DNA of 64,000 nt from contig OX597820.1 in NCBI GenBank assembly GCA_951406725.2, positions 56,110,001 through 56,174,000 on the forward strand, read 5' to 3'. The DNA comes from Octopus vulgaris. Lineage: Eukaryota. This document shows positions 52,031-64,000 of the stretch, one piece after another. Position 1 is the first letter of the stretch, and each line of letters opens with the position of its first letter. Position numbers and translations under genes: made by a program. The notes under the pieces were generated by a model. The model did not search any database and was not told the origin of the DNA. It saw only the letters and a program-made list of their open reading frames with translations.

Positions 52031-53195
52031 TTATCATAAACATACTTCTGATATTGGAAATATCACGTTTTCCTAAGATTTTGACATTTGATATCTCATC
52101 TTACCGTTTTATGTTGTAGATATAGTGCGGAGAGCTTCAAGTTTCTCTATGTCTGTAGTAAGGAGTCCATGCTTCTGCTACATACAAAAGTGTGTTCAAA
52201 ATACATTATCAACAACAATAATTTCAAATTTTGGCACGAGGCCAGTAATTTAGGGATAGGGGTAAGTCGATTCCATTGACCCCAGTTCATAACTAGTACT
52301 TATTTTATCGACCCTAAAATGATGAAAGTCGACTTCAGCGGAACTGAACTCTAAACGCAAAGCCGGACGAAATTCCGCTAAGCATTTTTCCAGTGTACTA
52401 GTGACTCTGGCAGCTCACCGCCTGAATAATAATAATGATAATAATAATTTCTGCTGGGGCTACAAGGCGAAATTTTGAGGGAAGTGGCTAGTCGAGTACA
52501 TCAACTCCAGTACTCAGTTGGTACTTAATTCATCGACTCCCAAAGAGATGAAAGGTAAAGTTGACAGCAACGAGATTTGAACTCAGAGCGTAAAAATCCG
52601 GAAGAGATATCGCTTAGCATTTCGTTAAATGTACTAAAGATGCTGTCAGCACGCCAAGCGGAAGAGCGCACAAAACGTTAGCAGGATTTGGACTTTGTAT
52701 TTTTCATTTTCTTGGGTGTCCTTGTTGCTAATTAGATCAGTTTGAGTTTGCATCATCATTGACTTCCCGAAATACATATCTGCTTATTAACTGAACTTTT
52801 AACCTCCACTTCTCCATCGCTTGCTTCATTGATAAATCGTCAGTTTCTTAGACCACTTAACGTTTGGTTTTTTTTTTTCTACTTACGCCAAGCGTAGGCA
52901 GATATCACATCATAACATTGTGATTCGATGCTTCGACAAGAGAGCATTTAGAATACATACACGCACACACACATACATACATGCATACATATATACTTAC
53001 ATACATACATACATTAAATGACGTCAGTGTTAAGACTCTTCGAAATTTAAGTGGTGCATGACATAAGTACATGAGATAGAGCAAAGATGAGTATAAGTGG
53101 CCAGAGCATAAATGTCCGACAAAAGACTTTCGTATCATGTATGTTATTATTACCGAATAGTGGGAGCGAGCATGGCTGTGTGCTTAATGGCGAGG

Positions 53196-53790
53196 GCGGC
53201 GAGCTGGCAGAATCGTTAGCATGTCGGGTGAAATGCTTAGCCGTATTTCGTCTGCGTTACGTTGTGAGTTCAAATTCCGCCGAGGTTGACTTTGCCTTTC
53301 ATCCTTTAGGGGTCGATAAATTAAGTACCAGTTACGCACTGGGGTCGATGTAATCGACTTAATACCAATGTCTGTCCTTGTTTGTCCCCTCTGTGTTTAT
53401 CCCCTTGTGGGTAATAAAGAAATAGGTATTTCGCCTGCCGCTACGTTCTGAGTTCAAATTCCGCCGAGGTCGACTTTGCCTTTCATCCATTCGGGGTCGA
53501 TAAATTAAGTACCAGTTACGAACTGGGGTCGATGTAATCGACTTAATACCTATGTCTGTCCTTGTTTGTCCCCTCTGTGTTTAGCCCCTTGTGGGTAATA
53601 AAGAAATAGGTATTTCGCCTGCCGCTACGTTCTGAGTTCAAATTCCGCCGAGGTCGACTTTGCCTTTCATCCTTTCGGGATCGATTAAATAAGTACCAGT
53701 TACGCCCTGGAGTCGATGTAATCGACTTAATCCCTTTGTCTGTCCTTGTTTGTCTCCTCTATGTTTAGCCCCCCGTGGGCAATAAAGAAA
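53196..53790 (+). mobile_element. Family-A SINE with three tandem body units of about 184 bp
   Basis: One A-box head, then units starting GTATTTCG at 53243, 53426 and 53610. Confidence 0.9.
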
Positions 53791-54102
53791 GAAATAATTC
53801 TACAAGTTTACTGTTACAGTTTATGTTAATGACGGGCATTAAAACCAACACACACACACACACACACACATGGACAATCGAAAGAAAAGGGCATCCAACA
53901 CATTAAGTAGAAGTTGCAGGTATCATTTAAAAGTTTGATTGGATCCCGCGCTATATATAATGTTTTGGTTCGTGGTATAATTCAACAAAGAGAGTGCTCC
54001 AACTCGTGGGAGCCAAATATTTTTTTCCGTCTAAGGATCACAATACATATCTTCGGGCGCTACTAATAGTTTCACGTGTCTGGAAGTCCAAACACGTTCT
54101 TC

Positions 54103-54262
54103 GGATAGAAATGGTAAGATAGCGAAAGAATGAAAGAGACCTCGATATTATGTAAAGTAGAGGAATTTATCTGTAAATATTTGTGACAATTATTCGGTAG
54201 CTATCGATGGCCCGATAACTGAAGAGATGGCGGGCTGGGTTTCCGCCCCGACATCCGAAGCT
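54103..54262. mobile_element. Older copy of the 47684 family
   Basis: 54103-54200 resembles the reverse complement of the 47880-47975 tail; GATAA-CUGAAGA-GAUG...CAUC-C-GAAG on +. Confidence 0.65.
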
Positions 54263-54685
54263 GTCTGCATTCCAGAAATCTATATCACACATATTCACCT
54301 GAAATAAGAAGTTGTTCTCCGAAGACGAAACACAACAACGATTAGCATATAAATGATCGAACCGACCAAAGCCTTGTGAGTGAATTTGGTAGAAGGAAAC
54401 AGAAAGAAGTCTGTCGTATACATATATATATGTGTGTATGTGTGTGTATCTGTCCACTATGCCAGAATGGATGAAGAATAAATATGAAATCATTGTTTTA
54501 AGGCATTTCCAGTAATATTCCTTTTGTTGATATGCATGTGTGTATCGAACAACAGAAAATATTTTCTATATTTATCATATTGCAGTTTTTTCCTTCGATT
54601 TCTAGCATGTATGATGTATGTATGTAGCATGTATGCATTTAAACATGCACCTATATTTGCATGTGTGAATAGGTGTGTGCGATCA

Positions 54686-54737
<52 letters not shown>

Positions 54738-54927
54738 TGTGCGAGCGTAGTGTGAAACTAGACATTGGCTGTTAAGTAGATGGCTGGATAATTCGTTTTC
54801 GGTTATGTATTCAGTTGTGCAGGACCATATATATATCTGATTATATTCCCATCCATCTCATTCTTTTCCTCATTTTTCTATTATTTTATCTCTAGTAACA
54901 AAATCCCACCCCGTAACCCTCATCACG

Positions 54928-54976
<49 letters not shown>

Positions 54977-55244
54977 GATATACGCACACACACACTGATA
55001 TACATAGATACATGAGAGTGTCTGCAAACATATATGTGTGTCTACATGTATATGATTAATTTCAGTGGACGTATACATTCACACACATACGCACGCATAT
55101 GCGTATGTATAAACATATATTCATACTATTTAAATTATATATTTTGTGTATGAATACATACATACATATGTGTGTATGTGTGTATGTTTCTGCGTAAGTG
55201 CATGTGCATGCGTGTACATGTGTGTATGTTTGTATGTATGTATG

Positions 55245-55329
<85 letters not shown>

Positions 55330-55590
55330 GTAATACGAAACTGTGGTGTTCTTTGAGACGACAAATTTACTTTCTCTTTATGTGGTTTGCTTATCTGTTT
55401 TTACATTTATAATATATTTCAACTTTTTAATCGAGTCAAATTCGGTTGGTCTATTTTAAATCAATAACAACCTCACATTATGATAACAACAGTCTTATTG
55501 AATGTCAAGTTAGAGCTTCGAAAAATCAAGCGTAATTTCACGCTACACTTAATTTGCTAAATCTTGTAAAATAATCGTCGGCCATTTTGT

Positions 55591-55658
<68 letters not shown>

Positions 55659-55719
55659 TCATTTCGTTGTATCTTAAAAATTATAATTTATTTGTATATT
55701 ATTCTTGTCTTCAATTTGT

Positions 55720-56466
55720 GACATGTGTATGTGTGTGTGCATGTATATGTGTGTGATATACACATATACTTATATATGCATGCATGTATATATACAGGTG
55801 TGTACATACGTATATATATTATAAACACAAATATGTATATATATATATGTACATAAGTATATATATATATGTACATATATATATATATACATATATATAT
55901 ATACATATATATATGTATATATACATACAAATATATATATATACGTATAATTAATTAATAAGGTGAGAGAATTAGATACTAATTTAATAGTATATTTATT
56001 CCACACCAAGTATACTATTAAATTAGTATCTAATTCTTCACCTTATTAATTAATTATAATTATGCTGCATTTATTTCTAAATGCTGTATTTGTTTTCCGT
56101 GAGAGTTTGGCGCGCTGTTGGTTGGGGCATTTGAATTATAACGTCGGATGTAACAATTGAACCACACGCGTATTTATCGTTATGGTAAAATCTGTGTGAT
56201 TGAGTGGATTTCATCCAGATAGTCTTGCTGACGAGCTACAAATGGATTATTGTAAGTAATATTACATTTAATTCATTAATAGCGAAACAATTGTCCCAAA
56301 ATAATCTGTATTTTTGTTATTTTTATTTGCCCTGTCCGTGTGAGCTAACAGTCGTACTGGCTTTCATGGGAAACATGTATTTTCGTGGTTGAAACCTTTG
56401 GATTAACTGGTGCTAGAGTGATCAATATAGTGACCACTCTCTTATATTTATATTATATATATACGT

Positions 56467-56512
<46 letters not shown>

Positions 56513-56637
56513 ACATATATATATATATGTACATATATATATATATACATATGTACACACCTGTATATATACATGCATGCACATTTAAGTATATGTGTAT
56601 ATCACACACATAGACATACACACACACACATAGACAT

Positions 56638-56640
<3 letters not shown>
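55720..56640. mobile_element. PLE-type fold-back insertion with a hammerhead core at 56228-56295
   Basis: 50-bp hairpin at 55945-56058; CUGACGA-GCUA..UAGC-GAAA-CAAUUG-UC; outer microsatellite-like flanks are inverted copies of each other. Confidence 0.72.
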
Positions 56641-56681
<41 letters not shown>

Positions 56682-56710
56682 GTTTGTATATATATATATG
56701 TATATATAAA

Positions 56711-56928
56711 CGAGGGGTTGCTGAGCACTTCCTGACTTTGGGTAAAAGAAAATACAGGAGGATGAGTTAATTATGATTTTTTTCAATATATTCCTCTCTC
56801 AGATTCACACACTTACTGCAGTGGTCTTTCAGTTTTTTTAAAGCCGTATAAAACAACTCGGAAAGCTGGGCCTCCAGCCAGCCCTTTTGCGACACCCTTA
56901 AAGTCAGGATCTTTTTAGAACACCTTCG
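56711..56928 (-). mobile_element. Mariner-derived MITE
   Basis: CGAGGGG.../...CACCTTCG-TA ends; remnant LKKLKDHCSKCVNLREEYIEK. Confidence 0.7.
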
Positions 56929-58024
56929 TATACATATATAAATATGCGAGTACACACACACACACACATACACAGAGGGAGGCTCATACGCACACACACA
57001 CACACATACATACGATTAAATAAACAATGCTAGCCCAGGGAAAAAATCTGAACTGACGGCGTAAAGAGCCATGGAATAAGTACTGCGCGACATTTCCTTC
57101 GACACTCTAACAATTCTTGATCAAGAATCTTTTCCATAGAGACAAAACCAGAACTTTGGTGTGGGAGAGAAGCATAATTAAAAATAGTGCCATTTTGCTT
57201 CCATGCTGCGCAGGTACTTTGTTCTATTAAGCGCATGAGAACAGAGGTCTAATTTGACCGTAGCAGGTTATAAAGACATAGCTGAATTCCGTGGTTAAAT
57301 TTTGCAAGGCATTTTGTACAACATATGGTGTTAAAAAAGTATTGTATAAAAACAATTCCTTTCGAGAGTGACACGATTTTCCCCTCAGGTTTACTGTTAT
57401 AAATAGCAGCAAGACAATTGTTAATTTGGTTCGTTACTATTCACGAGTAACTTATTATCTATATTCACACTCGTACATGCTTACACATGCACGTAGACAA
57501 TAAACCTGCTCTTTTCCTTCATGATATACCATATTTGGAGAAATACTTGAGTCCTGAGATTATTTCCTTTACTCATAAGGAGCTGGTCTTAATTGCCATC
57601 TGGTAACTATGATACATCTTGTAGAGGTGGAAATAATTATAACAAACCAAACATAGGCGTAGGCGGGGCTGTGCAGCTTGTTTCCCAACTACATGGTTCC
57701 AGGTTCAGTCCCACTGCATGATACCTTGAGCAAGTGCCTTCTACTATAGCCTCGGGCCGACCAAAGCCTTGTGAGTGAATTTGGTAGAAGGAAACTGAAA
57801 GAAGTCCGTCGTATATATATGTGTGTGCGTATCTGTCCACCATCACCACTTGACAACCGATGTTGGTGTGTTTATGTCCCCGTGAAGTTAGCGATTTGGT
57901 CAAAGAGGACAATAGAATAAGTACTAGGCTTAAGAAATAAGTCCAGGAGGGCGGGGTGGGGTCAAGACAGTGCTTCAGCATGTCCGCAGTTAAATAACTG
58001 AAACAGGTAAAAGAATAGAAAGAT

Positions 58025-59164
<1,140 letters not shown>

Positions 59165-60425
59165 ATAGATGGATGGATGGATGGATGGATGGATACATAG
59201 ATAGATAAATAGATAGATAGATTGACAGATAGATAGAAAGGTGTCTTGTAAACAACAGAAATAATAGGCACTTATACATGAGTCAATATTTTAACATCTC
59301 TGAGAGTTTAAATCACATGTAATTTTAGATCTTCAGTAAAGAAAGGACCCTAGCAATATAGTTCCGTCTTGCCATATTTTATGTTTAATGACTGTTAATT
59401 TAACTTTCCACATATCCTTAACATGAAACCGTTCGGCAAACTGAATTGGCTGTTATGAGACTAAAGAAGCAAATGCATCTTTGCTATAGAATAGATGAAT
59501 ATGTCATTAAAAGAGTCATAAAATGGATCACAACATATATTTTCCACCTAACGATAAACTAATAGTTAGAGAATATTTTTAAAAAATGCAATAACCCAGA
59601 ATCAAAAGTTCTTTATTAATATGAAACCACAAACCTGAAAACCATGCAATTTTGATAGCCTATATAATATACAATTTCACTGTACATATGAAAGTTGTGA
59701 ACTTCTTGACTCAAACTGTTCTATCTGATGTATACACGAGACTCTTTCTCGTCGGTTGACGACGCATTTATAAGGAAGCATAGCATCATATTACAAGACA
59801 CAACAAGGAACAAATATAACAAATATGCGCGCGTGTGTATGTATATATGTTCATGTGTGTAGGTAAACATACTTATACAGAGATGTGTGTGTGTGTGTGT
59901 GTGCATATATAAACATTAGTTGACAATACAACCATTTTATGTAAAATTCTACCAAATAATTAGAATATTAGCAATGGAAGCGTTAGTAATTACAAAAATA
60001 CCAACCAAACATTAATACAGAGATACAGCGTTCTCGTAATGAACGAAGAACAGTTAACCAATCGGTGAAGATAAGTTGGAAATACCGGTTAAATAGTTGA
60101 GATCTGTTGTCATTGATGATATTATTAGTAACAACATCAATACCATAATCTTCGAAAATGAAAATGAAACGATAAAAAAAATGAAACAGAACGTTTGTAA
60201 TAGTCACTTCATTGAAAATATTATTAGACCTAGATGTGGAAATGATGGCCAACAATAGTAGAGATGGGTGGCATATGTCCATAAATTTCCTCTTTGGTCT
60301 CGTGCTCATGCTATGAGATGCTTTCAATCCTCATGAGAAGCTAGGTGCAGTATGTACCATCAAGACAATTTTGATGTTCCTTCTTTATAGTCCGGGTTCC
60401 GGCTCCATTGAGGTGAAGGCTCTCT

Positions 60426-60502
<77 letters not shown>

Positions 60503-60505
<3 letters not shown>

Positions 60506-60690
60506 GTTGAAATTTACAGAAAAACAAAAGACGAAGACAGGTGTATGAACAACAAGCAAGTGTATTAGTTTGACGCTCGGGAAAGTGAGAAAGTCTTTTA
60601 TGTTTCGAGCCTACGCACTTCAACAGAAAAGAATATGAAGAAATAAACAAAAAGAGAATAAAAAAAAAACTTATGGATTTAGCAATCAAG
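60503..60690 (-). mobile_element. Inverted copy of the PLE terminal repeat at 58875-59056
   Basis: Near reverse complement; followed on - by (GATA)n. Confidence 0.85.
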
Positions 60691-61524
60691 CAGGCCAGAA
60701 AGAAGGACGACCTTGTCGATTTTAATATACTTGACTGCTAGATGTTTTAAAGATTATTACAGGGCACTCCAGGTTTGATCCTTGCTTGGCATGAAGTCTT
60801 CTTTCTCTCAATAACACAAGACTCAATGATGAGTTACTGACCTACTTAAGTTGTATGCCAGCATTGAAACAAATTGGCTGGAGGTTTTCACCTTCATTGA
60901 TCGTAATACATTCACTCATCTTTGTATTACGAAACAGACCGCCCTTGGTTGCAGCATACACAAAGTGTATTAGCAACTGTACGTGTAATGCAGCATTCTT
61001 GAAGGAGAACAATGCGTTAAGGGTGCACATGACCGTGGAACACGCAACTGTTACACGTTAATTTAACAAGTGTGCAGTTCGGTTGATCACACAAATGAAT
61101 GCTCATTATTAAAACCGTCGGTAAAGCGGCAAGCTGGCAGAATCGTTGGCACACTAGGCGAAATGCTTTGCGGTATTTCGTTCGCCGCTAAGTTCTGACT
61201 TCAAATTCCGCTAGGTCGAATTTGCCTTTCAGCTTTCGGGGTCGATAAAATAAGTACCAGTTACGCCCTTGTGTCGATGTAATCAGCTTAATCTCCTCCC
61301 CCAAGCTGCCCTTGTGGAAAAAATTTGAAATCATTCCTAAAACCGTCAGCCAGCCCATCACCGTCGTCGTGATCGCCGCCGTCGTCATCATCATTATTAT
61401 AGTCATCATCGTCATCGTCGTCATCGTCATCATCATCATCATCATCCCCGTCACAGCTGCTGCCACCTCCACTTCCACCACCACTACCCACCACTACAAC
61501 CACCAGCAGAAGCAGCGGCGACGG

Positions 61525-61571
<47 letters not shown>

Positions 61572-61610
61572 GCACAGTTCTAAACAAATCAAGCCCAGTC
61601 ACCTCCCTTC

Positions 61611-61667
<57 letters not shown>

Positions 61668-61676
61668 TACATACAT

Positions 61677-61730
<54 letters not shown>

Positions 61731-62244
61731 GTATATATATATGTATGTATGTATGTATGTATTATGTATGCATATATCTATGCAGGAAACAATATTTATA
61801 TTTTTCGCTTGTAATAAAATAGAAGATAGTCGGTATCAAAACTGACAAAGATTTATTGTTGAAGCAGTTTAGACAGTGTCGGTATGAATGTATGCATATA
61901 TATATATGTGTGTGTGTGTGTATTTATGTATGTATGTATACACGTTTACAATGCATGTTTATATGTGTGCATGTTAGCAAGTGCTTGCCCATGTGTGTAC
62001 ATGCGTGTGTATGTGTGTATGCAACTGGCAAGCGGCGTGTTAACAAGAAAATTGTTTTGCATTCATGATTTTCGAAAAGCGCTCACTGTATACGTTAATA
62101 AAGCATCAGCAATGAAATAACGTAAGAAACAGTGTTTCTTTCATAGCCAATTATTCTAGTTTGCTGATAGCTCATTCGTTCGGACGGATCTCATCCGCCA
62201 CAACCACACACACACACACACCTATATACATATACAGTTACATG

Positions 62245-62307
<63 letters not shown>

Positions 62308-62543
62308 TATATATATATAAACATAACGTCGCAAGAAATTTGAAAAGCTACACGCGGAACCGGTCTTTCTTTTAAATTATGTCATTATAAGGGGAAGAAA
62401 AAAAAATTTTTTTTTTAATTTTCTAATATTCTTCAGACATATTGACGCATATATATATATTTTTTAACATTTAAGCCTTCTGTAGTTTTTTCACTCTTTA
62501 CTATTTTCTATATATTCACCCACGTGCTTTCACAAACCAACTT

Positions 62544-62617
<74 letters not shown>

Positions 62618-62824
62618 GTTTTATTATTTATGCGCCCTTTTCAAAAACCGTAACTTCTTGAATGTGACTTGTTTGTATGCATGTATGTAGTTTAGCCTCA
62701 GATCAGTCATGGCCTACCAGTCAAGTCTTCCTTGATTGGATGCGATCAAACTTGAATAAAACGCAAGAGTTTAAGTGCTTTTTCAGATCTTGCAACTATT
62801 TCTAACAATTCAATGAAAAAAACC

Positions 62825-62863
<39 letters not shown>

Positions 62864-63059
62864 GGCGGGCGGGCGCATAACGGATGAAGCAATAAATCTA
62901 CACAAGTCTTTTATGAATTCAATCATGTCTCTGTACTTTACAGCGTCAATAGGGGAGTCTTTTCGTGGTTGCTCCTTCTGCTAGAAACAGCAGACAAATC
63001 TCCGTCAAATCATAAAAATCATAAAAAATCATTAAAAAAACCCGGCAGGATACATTAGA

Positions 63060-63995
63060 TAGTCCATGATAAACTATGTATGATAGTCGTGGTTGGAACG
63101 ACTTGGCCTATAGGTCTGCATGATTAGGGTCAAACTGTGATGAGTGGATCGGTAACGCCTGAGTTGAGACAGCATGAAGAAAGAGACCATTATAGCAGGA
63201 ACAGAAAAGGCAAAGAGGGAGCGTGGAGACAGCACGTCTGTGGATAAAACCAGAATTTTTGCAACTCATGTGCAGCAGCTGCAGCGTCTCAGATGCAGAT
63301 CCAACGCTCAATTGCAGGCCTCATCTGAGCTTTATAGAATGTCAATTGTTGTTGGGAGATGAAGTTTCTCCTGGCCCTGAAGAGAGGCGTCAATTGTCAA
63401 GTTGTAACTCTAGCTATGTTAAAGATGTGTTTCTCACAGGAGAGATCCTCGATGATACTGAGGTGCGGCACTTGTAGCGATTGTGAAGATTCTAGTTGTT
63501 GTGTGCTACTCGTTCAAGAGTGGTGTGGTGCGATGAAGTTTGCTTGATATGAGTAGGATTCGTATTTTCTTGTTAAAAGAGACAAAATCGGCACAGTTTC
63601 ATTGGGGGATACTTTCCAGATCTCTGTTTGTGGAATCGGTGCGAAGTTGGTTTGTGATATCTAGGTTGTGTATAAATAATGCATGATTAAGGCGAGTTAT
63701 GGAAGAACGAAACATACTTAAGAAACATGTTTAAGAGCGGGTGTTGTCAGATGTGACGACGGCAAATGAATAATTGATAAATAGAAGCAAGAAAGTGGGA
63801 GACAAAACTGAACCTTAGGATACGCCAGGTTTTAGGAAGTGAAGAAGAGAAAGAGCTCCATTAACACATGTTACAGTTATATCATCTGATTGGAAGCTGA
63901 GTCATTGTTAATGTCTATCTCCATTACTTTAAAGGTATTAGAAGTGAATGTAGTAGGGCGATATTTGGTAAGACCAGCGGGGCGGTCTTTCAAGG
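63060..63995 (-). mobile_element. Decayed CR1/L2/Jockey-group LINE RT
   Basis: KYRP..., PGVS*GSVLSPTFLLLFIN and later C-terminal pieces with stops and frameshifts. Confidence 0.7.
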
Positions 63996-64000
63996 GAAAG

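Noticed and set aside
52886-52946. ATG-initiated phase-1 mini-exon (MLSCRSIESQCYDVISAYAW|GTAAGT) as first exon of the receptor
   Set aside because: Not hydrophobic enough for a signal peptide and no independent support.
59721-59830. Hydrophobic stretch YLLYLFLVVSCNMMLCFLINA as a signal peptide
   Set aside because: No convincing start codon or splice donor; adjacent to a microsatellite.

Overview
AT-rich, microsatellite-dense animal genomic DNA; the repeat families and microsatellite style suggest a cephalopod (Octopus-like), which is an inference. I can assemble one host gene, on the minus strand, from 7 spliced exons (30243 to 12176) with consistent GT-AG junctions and phases. It encodes CCP(Sushi)-CCP-MAM-Ser/Thr stalk-TM-short tail, a class C scavenger receptor (Drosophila SR-CI-like) architecture; its signal-peptide exon was not found. 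The rest is transposon-derived: tRNA-headed SINEs, R4/Dong, CR1/L2, RTE and Tx1-like LINE fragments, Tc1/mariner remnants, MITEs and Helitron-type short elements. The most striking structure is a set of Penelope-like (PLE) fold-back insertions. One is a 5.2-kb element with two 2304-bp inverted arms; about 8 shorter non-coding ones share its design (head-to-head copies, a central hairpin, usually a 3' tail on one arm only). Many carry hammerhead-ribozyme motifs, including a back-to-back pair at 41499-41596. One is a tRNA-headed SINE with a hammerhead-bearing PLE-type tail and a 12-bp TSD (28908-29402). All calls were made by eye; no searches or folding programs were run.
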